Source of the DNA: an uncultured bacterium
GTDB lineage: Bacteria; Krumholzibacteriota; Krumholzibacteriia; JACNKJ01
DNA length: 64,000 nucleotides
Reading direction: 5' to 3'
Assembly (NCBI GenBank): GCA_963695095.1
Contig: CAVOFT010000001.1
Span: 2,336,001-2,400,000 of the forward strand
Position numbers and translations under genes: made by a program. Under the pieces are notes generated by a model, which did no database searches, had not been told where the DNA came from, and saw nothing but the letters and a program-made list of their open reading frames with translations. Of this stretch, positions 36,399-48,423 are shown piece by piece. Each line of letters begins with the position of its first letter. Position 1 is the first letter of the stretch.

Positions 36399-37238
36399 TC
36401 AGGGGGATTCGGCCGCGTCGTTGAAGAGCGCGCTGCGCATGGCCGCCAGCGGCGCCGGCCGGCCCGTCCAGATCGCGAAGGAGGCCGCACCCTGGGCCAG
36501 GAGCATCTCGCGCCCGTCCGCGCCCCGCGCACCGGCCGCGCGACAGCGGGCGAGCCAGGGACTGGGGGTCGTGAGGAGATCCAGCACCGCGGGACGCTCG
36601 CCCTGCGCAGGCAAGGGCGGCAGGGGATCTGCCGGCGCGAGCCCCAGCGATGTGGCCTGGATGACGAGATCGTAGCCCGGCGGACAGCGGCCGTCGACGA
36701 GCGACGCCGCCTGCGCGCGCGGATCCGCGGGCGCCAGCTCCGCCAGCAGCCGGGCGCGGCGGGCCTCGTCCCGGTTCCAGATGCCCACGGTGGCCGCGCC
36801 CGCGGCCAGGCAGGCGGCCAGCGCGGCGCGGGCGGCTCCCCCCGCGCCGAGCAGGAAGACGCGAGCACCCGCCAGGCCGCCCGGCATGAGGGCCGCGGCG
36901 GCCTGCTGGCAGCCCGTGAAATCCGTGTTGTGGAGAGACCAGCCCCCGCCGGGCTCCCTGCGCAGGGTGTTCACCGCCCGCAGGGCGCGGGCCTCGGCGC
37001 TCGTCGCGGCGGCGCCGGCGGCCAGGAGCTGCCAAGCCACTTCCTTGAGCGGCAGCGTCAGGTTGAGTCCTCGGTAGCCGGCGGCGCCCAGCTGCGCCAG
37101 GCGCTCGCCCAGCGCCACGGCCGGACAGCGGATCGCCTCGTAGCTGCCCGCCAGGCCCAGCGCTGCCAGGGCCGCGTTCTGGAAGCGCGGCGAGAGCGAA
37201 TGGGCCACCGGATCGCCGAGGACGGCCAGTCGCAGCAT
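36399..37238 (-). CDS. aroE: Shikimate dehydrogenase
   Basis: GDPVAHSLSP, NLTLPLK, AVNT, NTD, GAGGAARA, GREMLLAQG. Confidence 0.93.
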   Translation of the reverse strand: MLRLAVLGDPVAHSLSPRFQNAALAALGLAGSYEAIRCPAVALGERLAQLGAAGYRGLNLTLPLKEVAWQLLAAGAAATSAEARALRAVNTLRREPGGGWSLHNTDFTGCQQAAAALMPGGLAGARVFLLGAGGAARAALAACLAAGAATVGIWNRDEARRARLLAELAPADPRAQAASLVDGRCPPGYDLVIQATSLGLAPADPLPPLPAQGERPAVLDLLTTPSPWLARCRAAGARGADGREMLLAQGAASFAIWTGRPAPLAAMRSALFNDAAESP

Positions 37239-38035
37239 CAGTGCGCTCGCCGCCGCCGGCTGAGATGGAGCCAGAGCGCCGTCGCCACCAGTCCGATGCT
37301 GAGCCACTGGTTCACGCTGAGATTGGCGACCGTCATGGCATCCTCGTAGTAGCGGAACTGGTCCACGGTGAAGCGCTTGATCCCGTAGAGCAGCAGGAAG
37401 GCGGCGAAGGTGGCGCCCTCGTAGGGCCGCCGACGATCGAAGAGGAGGAGCAGGACGAGAATGACGAGGCCGCCGAAGGCCGAGTAGAGCTGGGCCGGGT
37501 GGATGGGCACGCAATCGCCGGCATGGACGTGGCCCGCGGCCAGCGACAGCGCCATGTGGGCCGCTTCGCTGTCGGCCGGGAAGCAGACGCCGAAGGGACC
37601 TGTCGTGGGCAGGCCGAAGCAGCAGCCGTTGAGGAAGCAGCCCAGGCGCGTGATCAGGAGGCCGAGGCCGAGGCTGGGCGCCATGACGTCGGCCATGCGC
37701 AGAAAGGGAACCCTGCGCTTGCGCAGGAAGAGCCCCGCGCTGAGGAAGCACAGCAGCAGGCCGCCGTAGAGGGTCAGACCGCCCTCCCACAGCGCGAAGA
37801 TGTGCCACCAGCGGCCGGCGTAGGCGTCCAGGTGGAAGATGACGAAGAAGAAGCGGGCGCCGACGATGGCGCTGATGATGAGCACCTGGAACAGGTCGAT
37901 CAGGTCGCGCTCGGCCACCCCGCGGGAGGCCGCACGCGCCCGGGCCAGGAGCAGGCCGAGGAAGAAGCTCAGGGCGAGCAGCGTGCCGTAGGCGTGCAGG
38001 GTTACCGGCCCCAGCTTGATCAGATCAGGATGCAC
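37238..38035 (-). CDS. lgt: Prolipoprotein diacylglyceryl transferase
   Basis: VGAR, WEGGLTLYGG, RLGCFLNGCCFG, HPAQLY. Confidence 0.93.
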   Translation of the reverse strand: MHPDLIKLGPVTLHAYGTLLALSFFLGLLLARARAASRGVAERDLIDLFQVLIISAIVGARFFFVIFHLDAYAGRWWHIFALWEGGLTLYGGLLLCFLSAGLFLRKRRVPFLRMADVMAPSLGLGLLITRLGCFLNGCCFGLPTTGPFGVCFPADSEAAHMALSLAAGHVHAGDCVPIHPAQLYSAFGGLVILVLLLLFDRRRPYEGATFAAFLLLYGIKRFTVDQFRYYEDAMTVANLSVNQWLSIGLVATALWLHLSRRRRAH

Positions 38036-38101
38036 TTGACCTCCTCGCAGCGGAACTAGGCGCCAGCCTATCGCCGCGGCCGCGATGCCGCAAGCCCCGC
38101 T

Positions 38102-39403
38102 TCAATAGCGGTTCCAATTGCGGGCGATGTTCATCTGCAAGCCGAGCAGGAAGCTCGTCGACACGAGGACGCTGCCGCCGAAGCTCATGCCCGGCAAGGG
38201 AATGCCCGTCACGGGCGCGATGCCGATCGTCATCGCCACGTTGACGAAGACGTGGAAGAGCAGGTAGGCGCTCACCCCCACCGTGAGCAGTTGCGCAAAG
38301 GGACTGTGCGCCTTGCCGGCAAGGCGAAAGCCGCGCAGGATGATCCAGGCATAGAGGGACAGCAGCACCAGCGCGCCCAGGAAGCCGAACTCCTCGCCCA
38401 CGACCGAGAAGATGAAATCCGTGTGTCGAGCGGGCAGAAAGGCCAAGCCCTTCTGCGTGCCCTGGAGATAGCCCCTGCCGAGCAGCCCCCCCGAGCCGAT
38501 CGCCACCTTCGATTGGTAGATCTGGTAGCCGGCTCCCAGCGGATCCAGCTCCGTATCGAAGTAGACGAGGATGCGCTTCTGCTGGTAGGGCAGCAGGCCG
38601 TTCCAAACCTGGGGCACTGCCAGCCCGACCACGATGGCGGCAATGAGAAAGCCGCTGCGCTCGAGCAGGGACACCCGCGGCGACAGCAGCATCAACGCGA
38701 AGAGTCCAAGCATGAACAGCGCCCACAGCAGATGGACGAGCCCGAAGCCGTCGTGGCCCTGCGTCTCGCCGTAGAGCACGATGGCGCCGCTGATCATGGG
38801 TGCGGCCATGATGATCAGCCGGCGCAGGGACAGGCCTCGCCACAGGAGCATCGGAATCATCAGCCAGAGGAAGGTGATGGCCGTGCCCAGGTCAGGCTGC
38901 TTGAGCACGAGCAGGGTCGGCGGTAGCACGAGGGCAAGGACGATCAGTACCTGCGAGAGCCGGTCCGGATCGCCGCGGCGCCCCGCCAGGAAGGAGGCCA
39001 GCATCAGGATCATGCTCGCCTTGCAGAACTCCGAAGGCTGCACGCTGATCGGCCCCAGCACCAGCCAGCGCTGAGTGGCGCCCCGCATCGGCGGCAGCAC
39101 GAGCAAGAGCAGCAGCACCAGGATGCTGGCGCCGTAGAGCATCCAGCTGAAGTAGTCCTTGTAGACGCGGAAGGGCACCATGGCGCTGGCCAGCATGACC
39201 AGGCTGCCGAGCAGGGCCCAGAAGAACTGCCGCACGAAGAAGGCGCGGCTGATGCTGGCGGCGGGGCGCCCCGCGCCGAACTCGAAATCCCCACCTGGCG
39301 GCGAACTGACCGAGAAGAGCATGATCAGGCCGCAGCCCAGGATGAGCAGCCAGGGAATGAGGATGCTCGGTTCGATGCTCTGGCTGCTCAGCTTCAATCT
39401 CAT
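38102..39403 (-). CDS. rodA: Rod shape-determining protein RodA
   Basis: GATQRW, QPSEF, QPDLGT, GYQIYQSKVAIGSGG, HTDFIF, TGIPLP; follows PBP2. Confidence 0.93.
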   Translation of the reverse strand: MRLKLSSQSIEPSILIPWLLILGCGLIMLFSVSSPPGGDFEFGAGRPAASISRAFFVRQFFWALLGSLVMLASAMVPFRVYKDYFSWMLYGASILVLLLLLVLPPMRGATQRWLVLGPISVQPSEFCKASMILMLASFLAGRRGDPDRLSQVLIVLALVLPPTLLVLKQPDLGTAITFLWLMIPMLLWRGLSLRRLIIMAAPMISGAIVLYGETQGHDGFGLVHLLWALFMLGLFALMLLSPRVSLLERSGFLIAAIVVGLAVPQVWNGLLPYQQKRILVYFDTELDPLGAGYQIYQSKVAIGSGGLLGRGYLQGTQKGLAFLPARHTDFIFSVVGEEFGFLGALVLLSLYAWIILRGFRLAGKAHSPFAQLLTVGVSAYLLFHVFVNVAMTIGIAPVTGIPLPGMSFGGSVLVSTSFLLGLQMNIARNWNRY

Positions 39404-41231
39404 GGCCGGGCCTCCACGGGCGCGCCTGGCCTGGTCCGGCGCAGCGGCGCCACATCGAGATGGAAGTGCGTCACGACCAGTTGCCTGAAGATGGGTGCGA
39501 TGCTGCTGCCGTGCTCACCGTGCTCGACGATCAGGGCGACGGCGATCTCCGGCTTGTCCGCCGGGGCATAGCCGCAGAAGAAGGCATGCTCCTTGCCGTG
39601 AGGGTTCTGGACCGTGCCCGTCTTGCCCGCGGTGGGGAAGTCGCGCAGGGCGCTGCCGGCGGCGGTGCCGCCGCCGCTGAGCACGTTCTCCATGCCTTGG
39701 CGCACGGTCGCCAGCGCCGCGAGGTCCAGGTGCAGGCGCTCGCCGCGGGCCGGCGAAAAGGGGATCACCGTGTTGCCGGCGACGTCTTCCACGTGGTGGC
39801 GCAGCCGGGGCACGGGCAGGAAGCCGCCGTTGGCCAGGGCGGCGTAGAGCCGCGCCATCTGGACGATGTTGACCAGGACCTCCCCCTGGCCAATGGCGAC
39901 ATTCCAGGAGGCCCCCGTCGACCAGCCGCGCTTGCCGTAGCGCTTGTCGTAGTAGGCCCGATCGGGGACGAGACCGCGAGCCTCGAGATCGAGATCCAGG
40001 CCGCTGGCCTGGCCCAGCCCGAAGCGGCGCGCCTCGTCGGCGATGCGATCCACCCCGAGGCGCTCGCCGAGCTGGTAGAAGTAGACATCGCAGCTGCGGG
40101 CGAGGGCCTCGACGGCGGCCAGGCTCCCGTGTCCGCGCTCCTCCCAGCAGCGGAAGACGCGGTTGCCCAGGCGCAGCCCCCCTGTGCAGCTGCGGAAGCG
40201 CGTCTCGCGGTCGATGATGCCCCGCTCCAGCCCGGCCAGGGTAACCAGGGGCTTGAAGGTGCTGCCCGGCGCGTAGGTGGCCTGCACCAGCCGATTGAAG
40301 AGCGGCTTGCCGGGGTCCTCGCTGAGTTCCCGCCAGAGGGCGGTGGGAATGCCTTCCACCAGTGCGTTCGGATCGTAGGCCGGCCGACTCGCGGCCGCCA
40401 GGATTTCGCCCGTGTGGACGTCCATGACGACGCCGGCGCCGGCGCCCCAGTAGGCCAGCGCGCTGTCCAGCTCGGCGCAGAGCGCGGCATCGAGGGTGAG
40501 CACCAGGGTCTGGCCCGGTTCCGGCGACAGGGACTGCACCGTCTCCAGCTCGGTGCCGCGGGCATCGACGAGGATCATCTCCTTGCCGTCGGTGCCACGC
40601 AGGAAGGGCTCGTAGATCTTCTCGAGGCCGGCGCGGCCGATCAGGTCGCCGGGGCGATAGGCACGGGCAGTGCGATCGTCCGGGATCAGCTCCTGCTCGC
40701 GCACCTCGCCGACGTAGCCCAGGATGTGAGCCAAGCCCGCCCCGGCCGGGTAGTAGCGGCACTGCCAATCGCGGAGAGCGAGGCCCGGCAGCTGCGGCAG
40801 CTCTTCCTCGAGACGGTGGATGGCCGCGCGGTCCAGGCTGGTCTCCAGCACCACCCGCGGCTGCTGGGTCGCCCCGGCCCAGCTCCACCGCGGCGGCGAG
40901 CTCGGCCTCGTCCCGGCCCATCAGCGCCGCCAGGCGGGTCAGCAGTCCCGGGTTGCGCTCCGGGCTGCGCGTCGCCACGCTGGCCTCGCAGGCGGCCTGA
41001 TTCCGGGCCAGGATGCGCGCCGTTGCGGTCGCGGATCAGGCCCCGCGGGGCGAGGATGCGCAGCTCGCGGAACTGGTTGTCCAGCGAGAGGCGCAGGTAG
41101 CCGCCCGCCGAGATGACCTGGATCTGGAAGAGGCGCAGCACGAGGATCGCGAACAGGATCGCCGCCAGCAGCATGATGCGCCGGGCGCGGTCCTGCTCGC
41201 GACCGTCGCTATACCCGCTGCGGCGGTTCAT
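39400..41231 (-). CDS. mrdA: Penicillin-binding protein 2, frameshifted near 40860-41020
   Basis: N-part RLFQIQV...APRGLIRDRNG; C-part HILGYVGE, PGSTFK, SCDVYFY, AGKTGT. Confidence 0.9.
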
Positions 41232-41718
41232 GGAGCAGGCGGGTTCCCTCCCGCAGCAGGTGGACGAGGAGGAGGAGGCCGGCATAGACAAGCGCCGTCA
41301 GCAGCGCGCCGAGCAGGGTGTAGCGACACCAGGCCCAGAAGGCGGCCGCAAGCGACCAGTCGCTGCGCGGCAGGAGGAAGATGGCCTGCCCACCGAGCAC
41401 GGCCACGGCCAGCAGGATGAGCCGCGTGCCCAGATCGTCGCGATTGACCTTCTCCCGCAGGTCGCCGACGGCATAGCCGACCACGGTGTAGGCGAGAGCG
41501 CTGCCACCGAGCACCGAGTAGTTGCCGAGATCCCGCAGGAGGCCGATCAGGAAGCCGTAGAGTGCGCCAGGGCTGCGCCCGCGGCGCAGCGCGATCCAGA
41601 ATACGACCAGGAAAGGGTAATCGACGCTGAGACCCCAGGGACGCAGCCAGCGCTCGGTGATCGGGTGGAAGAGGGCGAGCAGGATGAGGATCAGGAACTG
41701 GAAGCGGCTCTCGTTCAT
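41209..41718 (-). CDS. mreD: Rod shape-determining protein MreD
   Basis: Polytopic membrane protein, GALYGFLIGLLRD; between mreC and mrdA. Confidence 0.85.
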   Translation of the reverse strand: MNESRFQFLILILLALFHPITERWLRPWGLSVDYPFLVVFWIALRRGRSPGALYGFLIGLLRDLGNYSVLGGSALAYTVVGYAVGDLREKVNRDDLGTRLILLAVAVLGGQAIFLLPRSDWSLAAAFWAWCRYTLLGALLTALVYAGLLLLVHLLREGTRLLHEPPQRV

Positions 41719-42629
41719 GGCCGGCCCACCCGCCTGCCCGGCGCCGCCGCCTTGGCCAGGCTATCGGCGCGCGCGAGGCTGTCGGCCAGCGCCGTGCTGT
41801 CGACCGGCTCGACGAAAGGCACCGGGAAGCCCGGCGCATCGTAACTCACCGCCGTGACCACGAACACGTCCTCCAGCCGCTGCAGCGGCGCCGCCGGCGC
41901 GAGGCGGACGTCCTGGTGCAGGAGGCCCGGCGGGCTGCTCACGGCCGTGACGGTGCCCAGCAGGAAGCCTTCGTTGAAGCGGCTGCCCAGGCCGCTGGTC
42001 ATGAACAGGTCGCCGGCCTGGACGTCCTCGTTCAGCTCCACGCGGTCCACGGTGAAGCCGTGGCGGGGATCCCACTTGAGCACCCCGAGCACGCGGCTGC
42101 GGCGGTCGCGGCAACTCACCGCGCAGTCGGAACTGGCCAGCATCTGCACTTCCGCCGTGCCCTCGTGGACCGCGAAGACCGAGCCGATCAAGCCGGCCGG
42201 GCTGACCACCGGCATGCCCTCGCGCACGCCGTCGCGGCGGCCGCGGTCGATGCGCAGCAGGTTGCGCTCCCGGAAGTCCACCGGATAGCTCAGCAGCTCC
42301 GCCGGCAGGAAGCGGTAGGTCTGCTGCTCGCGGAACTCGAGCAGGCGGCGCAGGCGCACCGCTTCGCGGCGGTACTCCTCGCCGCGGCGCCACTCGTCGG
42401 CCAAGGTCATCAGGCGCTCGCGCAGGGCCTCGTTTTCGCCCTGCAGGCGGCGCAGGTGGTCGCCCAGCCAGAGGGCGCCGTTGGCCGGAGCGTAGATCAC
42501 TGCGCCCAGGCTGCGGGCGAGGGTGTGACGAAAGGCGCTGGGGAGTCCGAGCAACGCGACCGCGGCCACCACGCAGGCGGCGAACACCGCCCGATCTCGG
42601 TGCCGCGCCAGGATGCCGGGCAGGGCCAT
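41715..42629 (-). CDS. mreC: Rod shape-determining protein MreC
   Basis: ENEALR, RLRRLL, IDRGRRDGV, TSGLG, VFV. Confidence 0.92.
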   Translation of the reverse strand: MALPGILARHRDRAVFAACVVAAVALLGLPSAFRHTLARSLGAVIYAPANGALWLGDHLRRLQGENEALRERLMTLADEWRRGEEYRREAVRLRRLLEFREQQTYRFLPAELLSYPVDFRERNLLRIDRGRRDGVREGMPVVSPAGLIGSVFAVHEGTAEVQMLASSDCAVSCRDRRSRVLGVLKWDPRHGFTVDRVELNEDVQAGDLFMTSGLGSRFNEGFLLGTVTAVSSPPGLLHQDVRLAPAAPLQRLEDVFVVTAVSYDAPGFPVPFVEPVDSTALADSLARADSLAKAAAPGRRVGRP

Positions 42630-42630
42630 C

Positions 42631-43665
<1,035 letters not shown>

Positions 43666-43684
43666 GGCTTCTCCCCCGTTCCGT

Positions 43685-44342
43685 CTAGGGCAAGAGCCCC
43701 CGCTCCCGGAGGCTGACATGGGCCGCAGCGCCCAGGATCACGTGATCGAGCAACTCGATCCCCATCAGGCGACAGGCCTCCGCGAAGCGAGTCGTGAGGC
43801 GCAGATCCTCTTCGCTCGGCTCCGGATCGCCCGACGGGTGATTATGCGCCATCACCATGGCCGCCGCCGCACTCAGGATCGCCGGCCGCAGAACCTCCCG
43901 CGGATGCACCACCGCTGCGTTGAGCCCGCCCATCGCCACCAGTACGTCGCGCTCCACGCGATGCTTGCTGTCCAGGAGCAGTACGCGGAACTGCTCCTGG
44001 CAGAGGCCGCCCATGCGCGGGCCGAGCAAAGCGACCACGTCCTCGGGGGCGTGGATCGCCGGGCGCTCGCCCAGCCCTGCCCGGACCGCCTGTCTGCCCA
44101 ACTCGAAGCAGGCCAGCAGGCGCAGGGTCGCTGCCGGTCCGAGTTCACCCCAGGCGAGCAGTTCCTGCGGCGCCGCCGCGCCCAGGGCCCGCAGCCCGCC
44201 GAAGCGGCGCAGCAAGCGCGCACTGATGCCGGTCGGTCGCGCTACGCCCCCCGGCGCCAGCAGCGCCGCCAGCAGCGCAGCTGGAGGCAGGTGCTCCGCC
44301 GACCCCGCCAGCAAGCGCGCGCTGGGCAGCGGCTGCGCTCAC
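43685..44342 (-). CDS. radC: RadC/JAB-domain protein; start uncertain, probable indel near the 5' end
   Basis: VHPREV, AHNHPSGDPEPSEED, LLDHVI. Confidence 0.88.
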
Positions 44343-44396
44343 CGCGACGCCGCCAACGGTGTTGACGGGCAGCCCCGGATGGCGACAACCGGCGGC

Positions 44397-44425
44397 AATT
44401 TACCAGCGAATAAAGGAGTTAGCAA
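44397..44425 (-). promoter_or_regulatory. Promoter of the radC-mre operon
   Basis: TTGCTA-17 bp-TAAATT in an AT-rich patch. Confidence 0.55.
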
Positions 44426-44529
44426 CAAGTTTCGCAGTTCCCTGGGCTTGCGCCGTTTCCGGTCGGCCAGGCTGGCGGCCGGCGCTCGCGCCCTATCAAG
44501 GCTCGTGCCGCCGCCGCCGGCGGCGCCGC

Positions 44530-45758
44530 TCAAGCGCGGCCGAGCCCCTGCAGGGCCTTGCGGGCCAGGTTGCCGTAGGGCGAATCCGGGAAGCGGGCAA
44601 GCTGCTTCATCGTAGAGCTCCCGGGCGCGGTCGGGATCCGCGACCTCCTCCAGACGGGCCGCACGCAACAGCACGACGGGCAGGCGGGCGGAGCCGGCGT
44701 AGAGCCGGTGGAAGAGCTCGAGCGCGTGCAGTGCCGCCCGGGGCTGGCCCAGGCGATCCAGGGCGAGGGCGAGCCGGTAGAGCTGGGCCTCGGGGAAGGC
44801 GAGGTCGGGGAAGACGCGCAGGGCTTCCGCGTAGACTGCCGCCGCGCCCGCTTCATCCTCCAGGGCCAGGCTCGCGGCCACCGCGCGGCGATAGAGCCTG
44901 CGGCTCTCGCCGAACAGGGCGAGCAGGCGGCAGGCCCTGGCCGCCAGGCAGTAGTCTTCGGGTTCGCGCTGCCCGCTCTTGCCGTCCGGGTCGATCAGGG
45001 GATGGATGGCCTCGTAGGCGCCCATCCAGTCGCCGGCGGCCATGCGCCGCTCGGCGCGATGCCGGACGCTGAAGGCCCAGCCGTCCCGCGGCAGATGCAG
45101 GCCGAGCCCGAGCAGGAGACCCATCAGGAGGCCGCCGAAGTGGGCACCGTAGGCGGTGGCGTCGCGGCTGCCCAGGGCGGTGGCGCCCACCTGAACCAGC
45201 TGGAGCAGGACCCAGGCCCCGATGGCCAGCCCGGTCGGGATCGCCGCCACGCCGCTGCGCAGCTGCCCGTAGAGGGGGCTGAAGACCACCCAGGCTGTGC
45301 GGATGCGCGCATGGGGGAAGCGCAGGAGGAAGAGGCCAAGCAGCCCCGACAGCGCGCCCGAGGCGCCTACCACGCCAAAGCCCGCGCAGATGCCCCTGCC
45401 AGAGGTTGCCCGCGATCCCCTGGCAGAGATTCGAGGCGACGCCCAGGAAGAGGAAGTGCAGCAGAAAGCGCCAGCTGCCCAGAGCGCGCTCGAGGCTGGG
45501 AGCGAAGGTCCAGAGGTAGAAGAGATTGCCGGCCAGGTGCAGCCAGCCGGCGTGATTGAACACGCTGAGCAGGAGGCCGGGCCGCAGGGGCTCCCGGGGG
45601 AAGAAGACCCACCATTCCCAGTTGAGCAGGGCCGCGAGGGGGTGCAGGCGGAACCACAGGAAGACCGCCGTCATCACCGCGATCAGGGCCCAGCTTGCCC
45701 AGGGCCGCCCCTCCGGGTCGCGCTCGACGCCCAGCGGATAGTAGAAGAAGAAGTACAC
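44530..45758 (-). CDS. Rhomboid intramembrane serine protease with TPR-like C-terminus, frameshifts near 45375 and 44610
   Basis: HAGWLHLAGNL, VGASGA, AHFGG across frames. Confidence 0.85.
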
Positions 45759-45854
45759 GCGCTCCCCGTTGTTGCCGATAGGGCAGCCCCAGCCTCAGGC
45801 CGAAGCCGCTGCCGCGGCGGCACGCAAGAAGCGGGCGCAGCCCTGGGGGGACAA

Positions 45855-45885
45855 GAAAAAACCCCGCCCTGAGGGGCGGGGTTTC
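45855..45885 (-). terminator. Intrinsic terminator
   Basis: Minus strand AAACCCCGCCC-ctca-GGGCGGGGTTTTTT. Confidence 0.85.
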
Positions 45886-45905
45886 GGAGTGCGCTGCGAA
45901 GGAAA

Positions 45906-47066
45906 CTAGAACCAGAGCTTGGCCTCGATCTGCGCAACCGGGGGCTGGCCGGAATCGTAGCCGTGGAACCAGTAGCCGGCGCTGTAGAGCCACTGCTGGT
46001 TGAGGGCCAGATCGATCACCCAGTCGCCCATGGCGATGCCCATGCCGAAGCTGAACTCCCAGGGATAGTCCTTGTACTCGTTCGTCGTCACATCGGTGCC
46101 GTCGTCCACTTCGCTCTTGGAATTCCACCAGTTCTTGCTGGCGCCCATGCGCATCGTGAACATGTCGGTCAGCTCGTGCTCCACCGCGACCCCGATGCCC
46201 GGCATGGCCGTATCGGTGTAGGTATCGGTCGTCGAGCCGTCACCCTCGCCGTAGGTGTACTCCCTCTTGTTCTGCTGGAAGTTGGCGAAGAGATAGAGGT
46301 CGTTGTCCTCGTTGATGGTGTAGTCGAAGCCGAGGCCGCCGGCGAACGCCGTGCCCTTCTCCTCGTAGTAGCTGGCGTCCACGCCTTCCTTGTCCGTGTA
46401 GCTGTTGAACATGAAGACGGGGATGATCGTCAGATCCTCGCGCATGGCCTTGAAGGCGCGAGCGCCGACGCCGAAGCCCGAGGTCTCCCAGTCGCCATCG
46501 GTATCGGGATCGCCATCGTCGATGCTGCCCGTCATGAACATGAACATACCGTCGATGACGGTCTCGTCGTCCATGTCATAGGTGATGCCGCCGCCGATGG
46601 TGTTGTAGGACTCGCTGGGCTCGGCGCGGGTCTCCGGATCCTCGAGATTCGCGCTGATACCCTGGCGGTTGTAGATGAGGCCAAGGTCGAAGCTGCCGAA
46701 GGGATAGCCGTAGCCCAGCGTGAAGTGGTTGTACTCTCCGCCGAACTGCCGATCGTAGTAGTCGTAGCCATCCTGGAGGTGCAGCATGTAGGCGCCGTAG
46801 CCCTCTTCGCTCTTGATGAAGCCGAGGCCCTGGGCCGAACTCTCGGGCCACCACGTCACGCGCACATGATCGGCGTTGCGGTAGATGCGGCCGAACCAGC
46901 TGTAGGCGTCATTGCTGTCCGTGATGAAGTTGTTGTTGAAGCTGTCATTGCCGGAAAGGGTCTGCACCCGCACCGGATTGGGAAAGAACTCATAAGCCAT
47001 CGCCGCGCTGCTGATGAGCATCAGCAGGGCACCAGCGGTGAGCAGGACACGATTCATGCGAGACAC
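45906..47066 (-). CDS. Putative outer-membrane porin-like beta-barrel
   Basis: GGAGG RBS, signal peptide, many Gly/aromatic strands with acidic loops, ends EAKLWF; own promoter and terminator. Confidence 0.75.
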   Translation of the reverse strand: MSRMNRVLLTAGALLMLISSAAMAYEFFPNPVRVQTLSGNDSFNNNFITDSNDAYSWFGRIYRNADHVRVTWWPESSAQGLGFIKSEEGYGAYMLHLQDGYDYYDRQFGGEYNHFTLGYGYPFGSFDLGLIYNRQGISANLEDPETRAEPSESYNTIGGGITYDMDDETVIDGMFMFMTGSIDDGDPDTDGDWETSGFGVGARAFKAMREDLTIIPVFMFNSYTDKEGVDASYYEEKGTAFAGGLGFDYTINEDNDLYLFANFQQNKREYTYGEGDGSTTDTYTDTAMPGIGVAVEHELTDMFTMRMGASKNWWNSKSEVDDGTDVTTNEYKDYPWEFSFGMGIAMGDWVIDLALNQQWLYSAGYWFHGYDSGQPPVAQIEAKLWF

Positions 47067-47260
47067 GAGCAACCTCCTGATGGGGTTTGGCAGCCGAATC
47101 CCAAATGGACTCTCAGCCGGAACGAAAACAGCATTCCTTCGCAGTGTGTCTTGGCGCCTCCCGTTGCATCACGCGCCAGGGACCTGACGAACGATGGCGA
47201 GTGAGGTCGGGATCGCCCCGACTCCGCGTGCCACTGGCCCCTACTCTGAAAACCGGACGC

Positions 47261-47289
47261 AAGGTATCCCCGGTCCCCAGGTCTGTCAA
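47261..47289 (-). promoter_or_regulatory. Sigma70 promoter of the porin-like gene
   Basis: T-tract then TTGACA-17 bp-TACCTT. Confidence 0.7.
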
Positions 47290-47414
47290 TAAAAAACGCG
47301 CCCAACTTTGAGATATGCCGGAATTCCACCACCCCATTCCCCGACCCGCGACGCCCTCCGCCCTCGCCGCGAATTGCGCAACCCCGCATGGGGATTGGGC
47401 TGGAGCCATTGCAC

Positions 47415-48423
47415 CTAGAATGGGTTGCGCAGAGCCTGCGGCGCTCGCCCTCCGAGAAGACCGCCCGGCGCCAGCGTTTCCAGGCGTACTTCAGCGCTCG
47501 CATGCAGCAGCTTCCCGCTTGGCGCCAGGATCCCCACATGGTCGATCCGGGGCTCGCCGTAGAAGAGCAGATCCCCGGGTCGCCAGTCGGCGGGGGCGGC
47601 CAGCGGCCGCGGGCGGCCCCAGACAGCCTGCAAGTCCGCATCGCGGGGCGCGAGGCGACCCAGACTGCCCGAGCAGCACTTGCACCAGCCCGCTACAATC
47701 GAGGCCGGCGCTGCTCGCGCCCCCCCACTCGTAGGGCAGCCCGCAGAGGGCCAGGCCGCGCTCGAGGAGCGCGGCGCGGGCTGCGGTCTCCCCGCGCCGA
47801 TCCGGCCAGGGCGCCAGGTCGGCGACCGGTGTCCAGGCAGGGCGCCCGTCCGGTAGGCGCCAGGGCAGGTAGCCGGCGCGGGCGCGGCCCGACGGGGCCA
47901 GGCGGGTGCCGAAGGACAGATCCAGGAGCGTGTCGGCGCCGGGCGCCGGGGCCGACAGCGCGCGACTGCTCCGCGTGCGCACGACGCGCTGCGGCGGGGG
48001 CCCCTCGCCCAGCACCAGATGCCAGGCGCGGAGCCAGCCCGGATAGCCGTCCTCGCCCGCGCCCAGACACCAGGTCCGCTCCTCGTTCCAGTGCCAGACG
48101 AGGAAGGGATCTCCGAGGCGCAGCTGGGAGATCTGCTCGGCCGCGTGGGCGGGATGGCGGCGCAGCGAGCTGCGGCTGGCGGCGATCCGCCCCGTCGCTC
48201 CCCCGCGCAGGGCCAGCAGTTCCAGCGCGCCGGGCTCGGCGGCCGCCAGGCGCTGGGCGGCGACCAGCGCGCGGCCCGGGCGCAGGAGGAGCCGGCCCTG
48301 GGCGTCCCAGCACCAGGGATGGCGGCGCGGATCGAGGCCCTCCGCCTGGGCGAGGGCCTCCCAGCGGCGTCTCCCCGCAGCGCTCGTGCCTGGGGCTCCG
48401 GGCCCGCGCCTCTGCGCGCTCAT
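47415..48423 (-). CDS. NlpC/P60 (C40) peptidase with SH3-like N-part (YkfC-like), frameshift near 47650
   Basis: SQLRLG..., GYPGW, PYEWGG...DCSGLV; C-part PGDLLFY...DHVGI...HAS. Confidence 0.8.

Noticed and set aside
43685..44342. radC as a marker of a mobile element
   Set aside because: It heads the mreBCD operon, a known chromosomal arrangement; no mobility genes nearby.
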